Origin: Eledone cirrhosa | Lineage: Eukaryota | Reading direction: 5' to 3' | Assembly: GCA_964016885.1 (NCBI GenBank) | Contig: OZ024741.1 | Coordinates: 156,612,001-156,676,000, forward strand | DNA length: 64,000 nt | Shown here: positions 12,100 through 26,995 of the stretch, in pieces | Numbering within the stretch: the first letter of the stretch is position 1 | Layout of the letters: every line of letters starts with the position of its first letter | Notes under the pieces: model-generated | The model's database searches: none | What the model saw: the letters and a program-made list of their open reading frames with translations, nothing else | Told to the model about the DNA's origin: nothing | Made by a program: the position numbers and the translations under genes

Positions 12100-14890
12100 T
12101 GGGATCCTGGGTAACCAATGAGCAATCCTGGATTAAACAGCAGTTAGCTACTGGGGTTATATGGAGCAACGACTTTCGCTGTTAGTAGCTCTTACGAAAC
12201 ATGGTTGTAGTTACTGTAAGACAAATGGTGGCTGGTTCCCCAAAGTAAAGCCTAGTCTTTGGGGATCTGGAAAAATGACTTGCTGACGAGCCCTAAGAAG
12301 ACCATCAAAAACTCGTCAATTCACTTAGAGTAACAAAATACGATCTTGGGCCTTAGGTAGAGGACCTCGTTCAAAATATGTATTGTCTCCATCTATTGCG
12401 GGAAAGACCGGCATTGGGCTTGCGACCTGACCTGGATGTTGGGCAAGGGACTCAGAAATGTTACGTATCACAAAACCCTAAAGTGAATCAACGAGACAAA
12501 CATTACCAATCTGCAACTAGAACGTCATTAACTATAAAGTAAGGAGCAGGAACTAGTGGAGGAATCCAGATGTTGCCGACTAGACTTAGATGGAGTATGG
12601 AAACTCCACTATTCAGGTAAGGTGCCAGAGGTGACTGCACGTGGGGGAGTGAAAATGCTCACAAGTTCCCGACTGTCGGAATGGGTTAGAACATGGATCC
12701 CATTGGGCGGGAGGATTTTCCCTTTTGAAGCTTAGACTAAAGGAAATGCCTTTGTAGGTGGTACAAGTGTATGCGCCAAGCAGAGAGCCAGAATACAGAT
12801 CTTTCCCTAGAGTCACTACAGAGTTAGATGTATTTTAGACTGAGTCGCATATCTTGCTGTGAGATTTTAATGCATATGTTCACATTGATTACTTGGCATA
12901 GAAAGGAGTGATTGGAGGGACCGGCAAGCCCAATCAAAATGCGATCGGAAAGGCCTTATTAGATTTCAGTTCTAGAAATGGACTTTTCATTATGAACAGC
13001 ATTTTCCTGCACAAATACATTCATAATGATACATGGTTTAATAGAATTCGGGGACAGATGTCAGTAGTTAATGTATTTTATTGCCCGTGATCTCTTTGAT
13101 TCTTAATTAGATGTTCGTGTTAAGAGACAGGCTGAGCTATCAATTGATCACCATCTAGTTAGCTTGAGCCTAGGACTACCTAAAGTCAAATAAACCCACA
13201 ATACTGACAGGTTCAGTTCGACCTAGAAGATAAAGGGGGAAGCTTTGGATGGTGAGGAGGACAGAGATGGGTATGTGGGTACTATTGAATCCAAATTCAG
13301 AGAACTCTTTGAATAAACAGAAAACGTTGAAATGGAGTTGAGGTTGTTCAGCGCGTAACTTTTCGCTTCAGTTGTAAAATGGTGCGGACAAAACCTGCTC
13401 GATGTAGCGTCAGGTGGGGGAACCCTAATTCAATTAGAAGATTAAAGATGGAGGCTTATACATTTTGAATGGAAATAAGTATTCTGTCTTCCACTCGCGA
13501 TACAGACAGATGCGAAACTTCACAGCAGAGAGAGTAAACGCATTAAGATATGTAAATAAGATTAAGATATGGGAATATTTTTCGTGTTAAGCAGAAATCT
13601 GACTCCAGATCAGCAAATATAAGAAAGTATTCCGGCAGACTAACTGCCAACTTCGTAGTAAGATGTCCCCCACCAGACCTGCTATCAGGAACGTGTCAGG
13701 TTATTTTCTCATTGAAAAGAGGTGTATCTTCCAGAGGAGGAGATAATACTTCACTGATCTTCTACATTTTGTCATAAAATCTTCTGATGTATATAAAGTG
13801 CATCTAGGGGAGGAAACTAATCTTTCGAAGGCTGAGGCCACCAGAAGTGCTAAAGCGCACAAGTGTGACAAGGCCTCCAAAAGAATGGAATTCGGCCCGA
13901 CATGTTATGGCCTTAAATAGAGAAGCTATTTATTAACTGACACATGTATACTGAATAGACTGGAATCTCCGAAAAGTCACCAAAGCAATAGCAATCGTGA
14001 ATGATAATCCTAAATTTCAAAAGAGGAGAGAAGAGAGTTTGTTTTAATTATTGAGGAAACTCCTTGTTAAGCCTTCTTAATAAAGCTTATGCTTAGTGTC
14101 TGACAAAGAGCTATAGGGATGTTGCCAAGCCCAATCTCTCTGACGAAGTGTATAGTGTTGACCCCAGGCGTAGCACAGTTGAGAAAATACTCACTCTGCT
14201 GTAGATCATTTAATCTCGTGGGAGTATTGCCAAGAGGTGTATGCTTGGTTTTACAGACACCGAAAAAGTACGGGGGTTGTCGTGAAAAGTTCTGCAGGAG
14301 TATGGGATAGACGGACAGATTGCTGTTGCTTTCAAGTCCCTATATAAATGTCCTAGTATTTGTGTTCGGATAAAATCATACAATGATTCTGTCAATGGTG
14401 TATATTGTCACCTCTCCTTTTCATAATCTTCATGAACAGAATTGACATGCACAACGGGTTTGAATGTATTATCAAACCAGATGATGTAGGGTCAATCGGA
14501 TGATATTTAGAGGCTTGGTGCTACTTAACCCGGCGGAAGGAGATCTCTGGCATGAAGTGGATTTGTGGTCGAATGTTGCACGTTCGGAAGAAGGAAAATC
14601 ACTGCTTCGAAAACTAAGATGTTCGTCCTCTAGAGAAAGCTTGCACATTGCGTTCTACTTATGATTGTAGGTACACTGAAGTAGGTGGATTCGGTTTTAC
14701 GAATGATGGAAATCATGAGGCTGAATTAAATATAAGAATTACTGGAGCTGGTACATTAATGCGCCAGCTTTAGGATTCGGTCATCAGAAGAAATGTAGTA
14801 GTTGTGAAGGTTAAACTCACTATCTAAAAGCCAAATTTGATGTTCGTGTCTAGCCTTAAATATAGTCACGAATCTCAGGATATGACCGAT
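12100..14890 (+). mobile_element. Decayed RTE-type LINE (APE endonuclease + RT)
   Basis: Fragmented motifs: VVQVYAPS, LL*DFNAYV, NQNAIGKALLDFSSRNGLFIMN, DTWFN, IDHHLV, then RT remnants. Many stops and frameshifts. Confidence 0.8.
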
Positions 14891-14916
14891 GTCCTTGAGA
14901 ACAATGTCATGTTGAG

Positions 14917-15620
14917 GTGGTCCTTTATCCCCATAAACATTTAGATTGTATTCGGCTAATTATTTTCAGTGGACAATCGCCCATTGAAGAGATCGGAATG
15001 GCAACCTCACAGGTACACTCAAGCAAGGTATCAGGGTTAGATTGGATTCCAGTTGGGTTATTGAAAGATGGAGAAGTCCCCGTTTTATCAGCTATCTATG
15101 CATTTCTCGTGAGATGTTGGGAAGGGTCACCAATACCACAAGTCGGGTTGGTGGAATCTTGATCATTATTTACAAAGGTAAAGGAAAAGAATCCAGTTGT
15201 AACAACTTCCAGGGTGGTCACGTTACTGGACTCTGTTAGAAAAGAATTTTCTAAGTTGATGTTGAATTTCCTTTCGGAATATATATGTCCACTTATTCTT
15301 CCAGAAACTCAATCTGGTTTCAGAGCAGTAAGAAACAGTGGATATGACATTTTCGGCTAGACAGCTGCATGGAAAAGGCATAAAACAGTACATGTCTTTG
15401 TATCAGGTTTTTATCTAGTTGAAAAAAGCTTTTGATACAGCCAACAGAGAAGCTTGGTGGATCATTCTTAATAAATTAGGCTGTCCACGGAATCCTTTGC
15501 ACAAATTCAAACAACTACATCGAGACATGAAGCCCAAGTTTGTATTTAATGGAAAACGTTCGGAACAAATTTCTGTGGGCAACGGTGTTAAACAAAAGGA
15601 GTTTCTGCTCCAACAATGTT
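14917..15620 (+). mobile_element. Second decayed RTE-type LINE RT fragment
   Basis: KVSGLDWIP, IYKGKG, LPETQSGFR, KKAFDTANREAWWIILNKLGCP, NGVKQ. Confidence 0.8.
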
Positions 15621-16160
15621 TGCAATATATTTGCCCAACCAATACGTATAATTATATAAAACGTAATGTATTTCTTTTAGAATGTTCAGTTTAAAGAAAC
15701 ATTCATGAGTGAATATGAGATCTGGTTTCATTTTTCACACCAGGAACTGCTCAGCTTTGGTTAACGGTCGAAGTTTCAAAGACTATAATCTTTTGTTGAA
15801 GTTATTCTAAACTTTTAGACGTTGAAGGAACAGATTATAGGCTTTAGTGTATAATTTTCACTTCCTCTCCTTAGTGAGAGATTTCAGAAATTGAAAGTTA
15901 GAAACCATATATATTATAGGAAAGCGTTGACAGTCAAACTAACCTTAGTTGAAATGAAATCATTAATAGATCATTGCCTTCCAAGTTCTGTGAAGAAACT
16001 GACAGCGCTAGTTAGCAAGGATTTTCTCTACTTGTTACTTTTATTTGTCTAATAGTAAGATTTAAGAAGTTGGGGATAGGTACATATTCATATACACACA
16101 CATACACACACACGCTCGCACACACATTTATATATATACATATATTTATATATATATATG

Positions 16161-16232
<72 letters not shown>

Positions 16233-16322
16233 GTACCCCAGCATGGCCTCAGCCGGATGGCTGGAACAGGTAAAAGAGTAAAAGTGTATATATATATATA
16301 TGCGTGTGTGAATATATATAGA

Positions 16323-16615
<293 letters not shown>

Positions 16616-17203
16616 CATATATCTTGTATCTCGTTGTGTTATTTTGCCCGAGAAAATATCTATGTGTCATTAAGCGAAGCGCGCATATGGTTATTTGTTT
16701 ATATCCAATTGAGTTCTAAGCACGTGGCTTGAATTCGTCGTATCGGAATTCAACTGACCTGCGCATGTATTGTTTTTTGGCGGTAGTCTCCTTCCTCCTA
16801 TTTTCGAGACAGCGTGAGATTTTCTTTAGAACTGCTGGACTAACAACCTAGCAGCTCCCTCAAGCACTGATGGTGATTATCGCTAAATATTGATGTTGAT
16901 TTGGTTATCAATATTAATATTATTGGGCACCCACTGAAGAATTATAAGAGCCCACTTGAATAAGTATCTATTGATCTTATACAAGCTTCTACATAATTTG
17001 ATATAATTTCACCCAACTTGTAGAAATCTTATAATGAAAAGAGTCGTCTGGGAAGTGATATATTTGATATATCTCATATGAAATGATACAGCCAATTCTC
17101 TACACAATACAATAGAATTTAATTGGGAATATACTCACTTATTTACTAATGTTTGTTGAGTGAGTTGGAATTTGGCCGGAGTTCGCTATTAGCTTTCTCC
17201 GTT

Positions 17204-17405
<202 letters not shown>

Positions 17406-17726
17406 TGTTTATAAGTGTGTGTGTTTTTGCGAGTGTGTGGGAGTAACGGCTTTATATTTACGTGTGTATGTGTGATTGTACTTGTAGACACCTGAAAAAT
17501 AGGCATTGTTAGCTTAAGAGAACCTGAAAAATAAGGAGTGTCACCCCCAGTTTGAACTTTTTATAGAATTCTTTCTGCCTTTGTTACTCTAAATATAGCT
17601 TTTAAAGAATTACCTTTTAAAGAATTCCCTTTTATTTAAACCCATCAACCAATGACCTCCACTCTTCCCAATACTCTTCTACCACCAGAAAACATATAAA
17701 TACCACCATATTTACTTGGACAGTCA

Positions 17727-17775
17727 GCTTACTGGTGATTTCTCACGAATAAAATAGTTCTAGTCCTGTAGAAGC
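17727..17775 (+). ncRNA. Degenerate hammerhead, family of 45962-46005
   Basis: gctta-CTGGTGA-tttctcacgaat-AAAA-tagttctagtcctg-TA-gaagc, with two core substitutions. Confidence 0.45.
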
Positions 17776-17864
17776 TTTTCTACATTAAATATGTCTATAT
17801 CTATATCTATATATATATATTGTTATACTTTGGGAGGGTCATGTTGCCAATAAGATTCAGAAAC

Positions 17865-17933
<69 letters not shown>

Positions 17934-17935
17934 TA

Positions 17936-18142
17936 GTAATAATAATAAATGTGAAGACTAAAATCCAAAGAGAGCTCGATAAGGATAAATATATATCAAA
18001 TATATAAGAGCTAATATTTTTTAAAATAACAGATTAAAGTTTAAGCAAAGAGTCGCTGCTTTCACCCTTAACGGGATCTTCAGAAGACCCCGTTAAGGGT
18101 GAAAGCAGCGATTCTTTGCTCAAACTTTAATCTGTTATTTTA
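17936..18142 (-). mobile_element. Short pLTR-end insertion folded back at a hammerhead core; related copy at 11775-11902
   Basis: Near-perfect palindrome at 18022-18142. Minus strand reads CTGAAGA-tcccgttaagggt-GAAA-gca..tgc-TT. Confidence 0.7.
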
Positions 18143-18704
18143 GTATATATATATATATACAAACATATATTCCTCCGATGTATTCAAAAGATGAGGGAAA
18201 AGTAAAGTATAAATTAGCTCAGTTCATCTGTCTCAAATGAGGCTTATTTATGCATATTAGGTTTCCAGGAAGCTTTCCCAAAATTTGCGACAATATAATG
18301 TCAAGCCCAAACAATGCATAAACAGAATTAAAACAGTGTTTTATTTAGAATTTTTAGTCTAAAGAGACCTTCATCAGTAAATATACGATCTGTTTTGTTT
18401 TCACTATGGGTTGAAGTATGAAAAATCATAAGCTTTTATTGGGGTCATTCTAAAAATATTGAACAGATCATAGATTATATGCTATATTTCTCTGTTCGTC
18501 TCCAAAGTATGACATTTCAGAAATTGAAGAGTAGAGACCATAGATATTGTAGAAAAGTATTGGGTAACGGTCGAAGAAGCCTTAGTTACAGTGAAATCCC
18601 TAGTAGATAGTAGATCTTTTCCTAGAAATATATATATATTGTTATACTTTGGGAGAGTCATGCTGCCAATAAAACACACGCATCTATTGGTTTTCACTTC
18701 AATT

Positions 18705-18825
<121 letters not shown>

Positions 18826-19199
18826 CATACATGCATATACACATGTACAGATACAAAGCATATACACATGCACACATACAACTCAAAACACACATCCACA
18901 CATACAATAACATCCATATCTAAACATGCAGACATGCATACATATCTACCTAGTTGATGTTGTGTAAATTCCAATGAGAGAGTCTTGTGTCTATGTTAGA
19001 AACCGACTCTCTCTCTCTATTGGTAAAAATTTGGGAAATTATAAAACCAGAAGAACATACATACATACATACATACATACAGACAGACAGACATCATACA
19101 TACATACGTACATATATGTGTATTTATATATATATATATATATTGTTTTATGGGTTACAGATATCTGGTTAAGATAGGTTAAACGTTTCGCTGCTTTGT

Positions 19200-20400
19200 T
19201 AAGTATCTCTTAGATGTGTTGATTTGTTTTTGATCATGATAATTGGTTTAATATGTAATGCTATCTACGGTTGTTTGTATCATTTTGATGTGAAAAATTT
19301 GGTTGCGCTTATCATATATAGATGTTAATTAGATTACGGCGTTTCTTTATCTATGGAATTGTGGATTACTTAGATAAATTTTGTAAATCTATTTGTAAAC
19401 TTCCTGTACACAGTCAATAATTGTAGTGACTTGTGTGTGCAGTTAAAATTCCGCTCGTGTCTGCAGTTAATTAACTCCTTAGTGACCATGAAACTTTGTA
19501 TTCAATATTATTCGATATTATTCTGTTTCAAATGCAGAATTGTTTCGCAAAGGCAGTTTTCTTCAGGTTGGCATTTTCAAACGATTATGTGCATAGAGAC
19601 ATTATTTTCTTATTTGTTAGTTGTTGCACCCATGCATTTGTGCGCGCCACTTGTGAAAGTTATTTTACATTCGTTCGCGATGTTCCTGCACACACATTTG
19701 CCCTCTAGGTTGTGTTCTAGTATTAGGGGGGAGCATTGTCGAGAAAGGGCGTGACGTTGGTTGTGCTTGTATATTTTCCATGATTCCCGTATTGGTGATT
19801 ATATTGTTACTCAGGCTAATTTCTGACAGATATCAGTTGTATCGCCCAGTGTTGATGGTGCGGTCGTGGCCTTCTCATAACCGATTGATTTTTTCATAAT
19901 TATTTTGACGCGCCTATACTTTAAAGTTAGAATAAAGTTTTGGGGGATCCATGTGGTACAAATAATACGATTCTTAAAGATTGTGTAGTACTTATAACAT
20001 GGTTAGAAGTTCTTTTCAATTAATTTAAACAATTCAGGAGAGATTTTAGTGTTTATCGGGATAACATATGGAGGTTTATACCAGATATAGCTACTTTTAT
20101 GAGTTTAAATCGATAGTGCAGTATCTTCGGCTCTTAGATATATGTGTGTTCTAGGTAAGTTGTTAAGTTTGGCTCTATTCGTTTCTATTCCTTTTCCGTT
20201 TGGGGTTTGGTTTCTAAGGAATAGGGGGCATGGTACTCTGTTTACGTTTCTGGTTGTGATACTCTAGTTTGTTCTAAGTATGGAGTTATTGGGTATTTTG
20301 CCGCTCTGTATGTTTCTGTTTTTGCTCGGTTTTCTAATTCAAAGTCCAGGAATGTGTTAAGTCAACATCGGTGTCGTTAGGATTAAGTATTATAGGTCCG
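19200..20400 (-). mobile_element. Highly decayed Penelope-like element (RT thumb + GIY-YIG)
   Basis: Minus-strand remnants TFLD, KPPYVIPINTKI, YYTIFKN, LEGKCVCRNI and MGATTN are collinear with the PLE at 36241-38013. Confidence 0.6.
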
Positions 20401-21179
20401 TCCAACAGTCTTAATTTGTCAGTATGATTCTTCTTCATATTTATTTAATATTACGATTTTCATAATATTCGTGGTTATTTATGTTTATCATCTAAAATCA
20501 TATAGTAATGCATCCATTTAATTGATTCATCGTCATGAAACGCTGGTTTTGGCCAAGAAACTGTGTGGCAATCTTAGCCCCAACGGCACCACCCGACATT
20601 GGTTGGAGATATTAAACTAATGCTTTGAGGTTGATGTAAGATATGCTATAATTGATTACATCACACATCGACATGTGGCAAACATGTGTTTGTTGTCAAA
20701 CAGGCATACTTCCTTTGAACGCACTTACTAACGCAATGGAAAGCATTGTCAACCGCGTAAACATACGGAAATGATGTTGTGGTGGTGATAGCATGGTTAG
20801 CCAAGCCGTCTCCGTATCAAAAATTAAAACGTATGGATTTTCTTTACAAACCATGTGTTATAGCGAAAAATGCAATGACTAACATGATGGTTACTTAGAA
20901 GGTTTCTGTATTCACGTGCCAAGTATTTGATGATTATCTATATATTGTTGTTTACTTTTACAGATTTCAACTGTGTTTACAACTTTTTCAAACAGTTTTT
21001 CGTTACACTCCTTCGAAAAATGCTTTTCGTTTTCACGTGTTTGGTCGCCTTTCTTCTGGCTGAACAGGGGATGCAACTGGTTTTATCGTTCTCGCTTATA
21101 TCGAGGAGAATATGGATCATTACAAGGGATGTAATTCAGGTTCTTTTTATATATATTTCTTTATTTTTCCTTAAATGTA

Positions 21180-23335
21180 TCATAAATTGAGTTTTGTTTA
21201 GAATTCTTTCATGAAGAATCTTTCCTTATTAATATGTTCTCCTGACTGAAATGTTCACTACACTGGTAGAATGGGAAAACATCGAAATCTGACAGAATTC
21301 GCCCCCCACATTCCTCTATATGTTGGATTAGAGGGATCATTCTGGTATGTGGGTTCCTGATTTGCTGACGGTAAACTGTCATTCGTCTTCGGAGTGAACG
21401 GTGTTTTTATCCAATATAATGTTCGTAGCAACCTTTAGACGTTATAATGTATATTATATTCTCCGTGTTGCAAGAGAAATAATTTTTAATTTTAAAGGCG
21501 GAACAGTCTTTGAAATTAAATTCATTTCCCTCTAAAAGATAGTTGCATACACCGCGGTGAGTTTGATTGTACCTTTTTACTTCAAGTTCTTTGAAGTTTT
21601 GCATTCGTTTGTATCGTTTTAGGTGATTTTGGTTGACATTTACTTATTATAGTTGGCTGTTTTTGTAAAATGTTTCTCATTTTATTGTCCTTTAGTATTT
21701 AATAAGATAGGTAGGTTTAGTTGTACGTGTCTATATATCCCTGCATTCTCTGGATTGAAAGTTGAAATGTATGCTATGACCTTTCTTCTTGTTTCGTTTT
21801 GGTTTCTTGAAGTGTTTGGATATTAATTTGACTTGCTTTCTGGATACTATTGTTGATTAAATTATGAGGATATTTTCTCTTGATAAGTATTTCTTTCATA
21901 TCTTCTAGACTATCATCTCTGGGTTTGAGACTATTGTGTAGATTTGCTTGGTTAAGTTAAAAGGGATGTTGGTACCGTGTGTGTGATGGATGAAAAGATG
22001 TATAAAGGAGGTATTGTCGGGAATCAGCAGGTTTGAAATATATGTCAGTTTCTAACGTTCTGTTTCTTTTTGTTATTGGGATATCTAAAAATGGAAGTTT
22101 TGTATTTCTAAAATACATAGTGAATTGGATATTCTGGTTTATATCATTGATGAGGGGTTGACATTTCTTTAGTTGCTCAAGATTCTCTTTTCACAATATG
22201 AAGCAGTCTTTAAGTATCTCTTCCAGTTTTCTTTTACATATTTTCCGAAATTATTCTCATAAATTTGTTCTGTTTTGTTTGTTTATTTATTAATTTTGTA
22301 ATTCATGGTATCCTAGGTTGTCATATGTTGGCGCAACTTTAGTTCCCAGTGGTTGTTCCTAATTTCTATCTGTAAGCTATTTCATCAAACATGAAATAAC
22401 TGGGGTTTTTTTTTTTTAATTAATTCAAGTCCGTCTACGATAAAATTCTTATGGAAGCGTTCTGGTAGTTCATAAGGGAATGAGTCTAGCCTGTATTTGA
22501 TGGCTCCGTTTCTGAAATTCTGTGGAATGTCACTGTATATGTTCAGAGCATCTAATGAGACCATGTAAGTTCTTCGGCTTACATTATCTGGTAGATGGTT
22601 GAGAAAATCCAAATCATCTCGAATGAAACTCTGAATTCCTTTGAGAAAAGATTTTAATAACATTTCTAAGAAATTGCTTCGGTGGTGTGTTTCGCAAATT
22701 AGGCCTGCTATACGTAATAGGTCTTAATTTTAAGTCAGTTGGTATGGGTATATTAACACAATTGGCTTTCGCCATGCTGCATGTCTCATTAATTGATTTA
22801 TGTTTATGCACTTTCGGCAAACCATACGCATTAGTCGTTTTACATCTAAATTTAAATCTAATTCTTAAGAATGTAGGCAGTTTTGGTAGAAGTGCAGTAA
22901 ATCAGAGAGTTGTTACATCACTTTATGGAGTATGTAGTCATTGGCTTATTCAAAGTATGTATTGTTCTGTAGAATACATTGTACCATGTTGCTGTAATAC
23001 TTAGTGTCCACAATGACAACAGTGCCTCCTTTGTCGGTTTCTTTTATGATAATGATTTTGTCCTGTTTCAGATCGTTTAAATGCTGCCATTGTTGTCTAG
23101 TAAAGTTAGACTTTGTTTGTGGCTTTTCCCGTTTGTCAACTGAGAAATTCGAGATGTAATCACAAAATTCGTCAAGTGCTGTATTCCTGCATTTTTGTTT
23201 CTAATTAGTGAATCATCGATGTCTTCCTTTTCTAAAAATTGTTCCGCTAGTCTGAATCTCCTGCAGAATTCCGAAATGTCATCTTTAATTTCTGCTATAT
23301 TTGGTTTTTGAGGAGTGGCTGTAGATAAAATGTCG
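21180..23335 (-). mobile_element. Decayed Penelope-like element, probably Neptune type
   Basis: DISEFCRRFRLAEQF, IIKKTDKGGTVVIVD, PKVHK..LRPI, MVSLDALNIYSDIP, and GIY-YIG FSCNTENIIYIITSKGCYEHYIG. Confidence 0.85.
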
Positions 23336-23480
23336 ATTTGTATGAACCTTAGCGATATTTGAACTTCTCTAGCTGCTTCCATGGAACTCCATTCACGTGT
23401 AGGCTTCCTTAAGAGGAAGAGTGTCTCAGATTTTGCAGCACTGATTTTCATTCCGGCCATGCAGCACTCAGCATTATATA

Positions 23481-23520
<40 letters not shown>

Positions 23521-23679
23521 TGTGTGTGTGTGCGTGTGTGTGTGTGTGTGTGTTTGTATATTATATATATAAACAATGAGTTATATGCTTTGTTGATGAA
23601 TATTCAACAGAGTTATGTTCATAACATATGAAGCACACTACAGATGAAATTTTATCTGGAGTATTATAATATTATTAAT

Positions 23680-23858
23680 AGTTGTTTCTACGTTAGGAAC
23701 AAGGCCAGCAATTACCCAGTGCATTACTGGTACTTTATTTTATCGACCCCGTAAGTATGAAGGGCAAAGTTAACCTCGGCGGGATTTGAACTCAGAATGG
23801 CAAGGGCCGTCAAAGCATGGCGTCCGACCCTCTCCCAATACTGCCAATCCACCGCCCT
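23680..23858 (-). mobile_element. tRNA-derived SINE, family A, with TSD
   Basis: Full copy flanked by tattataatattatt(a/g)atag on both sides. Confidence 0.85.
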
Positions 23859-24345
23859 ACTATTATAATATTATTGATAGTAATAAATGGAAAGTATCAC
23901 TATAGCATCATATATAATTTTATTATACGAATTTTAAGGATACTAAAATATGGTGTGCTTTCATCAGATATAATATAATGTTTGATGTATCAGATAGTGA
24001 CATACTCGAAATATAAAGCTTCACCTTCGGCTTACAGTTGGCATATCATGATTTGGGTTGGTATTGGGAAGAGCATTCAGCGAAAAAGCAGTGTCTCACA
24101 TGAAACGCACTGTTCTTTCACTCTTCTAGGAGCGCATTAACGCTGAACTAATGCCATCTGTGAAAGTCCGTACAACACACGCCAAAATCCAAAGCCGCCA
24201 TAAAATGATGCTATTGATTATGATATATACGTCTGTGTATGTATGTGTTTCTTTCTGTGTGTGTATATGCACACACACACTTGTTTACTTGTATATTATA
24301 TAGACATCCATATCTATGCATAAAACACTTTATTATTTATATAAA

Positions 24346-24398
<53 letters not shown>

Positions 24399-25089
24399 GC
24401 AAGCAAGTAATATTTGTGTATATATTTGAATTGTTTATGAATAAATATATATGCAGCAAACGCCAAGTAAATTAAAATAAATATTCACACTCAATATGTT
24501 CGCCATATTTCACACTAAACTTCATATGCTATGGAGCGTGAGGAAGCGAGTAAGGGAAAGGATGACAAGGAGATAGAGAGAGAGAGAGTGAGAGAGAGAG
24601 AGACAGAGAGAGAATGAAAGATAGAGAGAGGGTGGGAGAGAGTGAGAAAGTAGGAGATAAGATGGAAGCTGATTTGGAGAGTTTTGTGGGAAAATATTAT
24701 GTAACATATTTTTATGTCTGTTTCAGATTATGCAATTGAATATATCTACATAATCACACACACACAAACACACACACACACACATACACAGACAGACACA
24801 CACACACACACATATATATATATTTGTGTACTTAGATATACTAAACATGCACTGGTGATACAAAAATGAGAATAATGTTAATAAGAATTGTCTATATATA
24901 TTTCAGAGAAATATCAAATGGTGAGAGATTAGAATATCAAATGAGACGATAATTTCTATCTTCTTTTTCTTTCCTTAAAGAAGAATATGTTGCAATTTGG
25001 AGGATTTAGAAATGAACAGTACTAACTAAATATACAGAGAAATATATTCATATATATGCATATATATATATGCATATATATGCACATAT

Positions 25090-25210
<121 letters not shown>

Positions 25211-25219
25211 TATATGCAT

Positions 25220-25287
<68 letters not shown>

Positions 25288-25369
25288 GTGTGTGTACCTG
25301 TGTGCAAAGACTCCACTTAAAATAAAATTGAACTCTTAAATATTTACGTATGTAAAAATTTATATTTAT

Positions 25370-25429
<60 letters not shown>

Positions 25430-25482
25430 TATGCGCATTACATATGCCTTAATTATATATATATTTATATATATATATATAT

Positions 25483-25678
25483 ATAGGAACCAGTAAGACC
25501 CCGACGGCTGAGCTCGAGCCGTTTCGACGGCTAATTCTGGACGTCCAGAATTAGCCGTCGAAACGGCTCGAGCTCAGCCGTCGGGGTCTTACTGGTTCCT
25601 ATTACCCACTCTACTACCCTAAGTATTGAGTACTCTGGTGCGTTATGGTCCACCTGGTTCCTTACCATATTTCCTTCG

Positions 25679-25680
<2 letters not shown>
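25483..25680 (+). mobile_element. Fold-back pLTR-end insertion with a perfect 120-bp palindrome
   Basis: 25483-25542 is the exact reverse complement of 25543-25602. Contains the HHR 3' half, GAAA-cggct..agccg-TC. Confidence 0.8.
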
Positions 25681-25744
<64 letters not shown>

Positions 25745-25748
<4 letters not shown>

Positions 25749-25855
25749 TTGTTTCTACTTTTGGCACAAGGCCAGCAATTAACCAGTACATTACTGGTAC
25801 TTTATTTTATCGACCCCGTGAGGATGAAAGGAAAAGTTGACTTCGGCGGGATTGA
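25745..25855 (-). mobile_element. tRNA-derived SINE, family A (5' truncated)
   Basis: Matches the family core and tail. Confidence 0.8.
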
Positions 25856-26008
25856 ATTATGATAAATTTCTTCACAAACATATATTATATCTATATATAT
25901 AATATATGTTTGTGAAGAAATTTATCATAATTCAATTTTATTTTACGAGCTTTCTGATATTTGCTGTATAGAGTTTTATTAATATTTATATTTTTATTAT
26001 TTCTGCTG

Positions 26009-26039
<31 letters not shown>

Positions 26040-26282
26040 AATCCATTTATATATTTTATGTTATTTTATATCATATAGTTTTTATTTTTATATATATTAA
26101 ATATAATATATATTGATCTGACATTGGCAGAAATGATTTATTTGAAGCAACCTATATTTTATCGAAAAGCAGATTGTGAAAGCCAACTGCACATACAGGA
26201 AAACATTTAGGAAGCATGGTTGATAGAAAAAGATAGATAGGTAGTGAGATAGATAGACAGAGACTGAGAGAAAGGAGTGAGA

Positions 26283-26440
26283 TAATTGTTTCTACTTTTT
26301 GGCCAGCAATTACGCAGTGCATTACTGGTACTTTATTTTATCGACCCCGTAATGATGAAAGGCAAAGTTAACCTCAGCGGGATTTGAACTCAGAATGGCA
26401 GGGGCCGTAACTCTATGCGTCAAAGCTTGGCGTCCGACCC
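26283..26440 (-). mobile_element. tRNA-derived SINE, family A
   Basis: Matches the family consensus seen in this window. Confidence 0.8.
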
Positions 26441-26601
26441 TCGAGATAATGAGATATAGACAGCTATAGGGTGAAAGAGGTATACAGAGATATATAGAAA
26501 TAGATGTGGACGGTTAAAGATATATATATATATATATAGAGGTACATGGAAAGACATATAGATATATATAGAGAGATAGGTAGAGAGAAATGGAGTATAT
26601 G

Positions 26602-26743
<142 letters not shown>

Positions 26744-26814
26744 CGCTCGCGTGTGTTAGTGTATGTATGTACTTACCATTTCATCCTTATTGCTTGAAGG
26801 AGGTCTTTATTGTA

Positions 26815-26995
26815 GCAGACAAGAGCAACAGCACCACCAACAACAACACCAACCCCAACGAAACATGCAACAACAGGAACAACAATGACTACGACAATGC
26901 CAGCCCCAACAACAACACCTACAACATCAATGACAACTACAACGACAACCTTAACGACAACCCTAACCCCAACGACACCGACAAAATCAACAAAA
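26815..26995. repeat. Degenerate (AAC/ACA)n low-complexity tract
   Basis: Reads as Thr-rich, Asn-rich or Val-rich depending on frame. Confidence 0.6.

Noticed and set aside
23077-23460. 127-aa ORF as a host gene
   Set aside because: It is a chimera of an RTE RT fragment (MKISAAKSE) and the PLE N-terminus.
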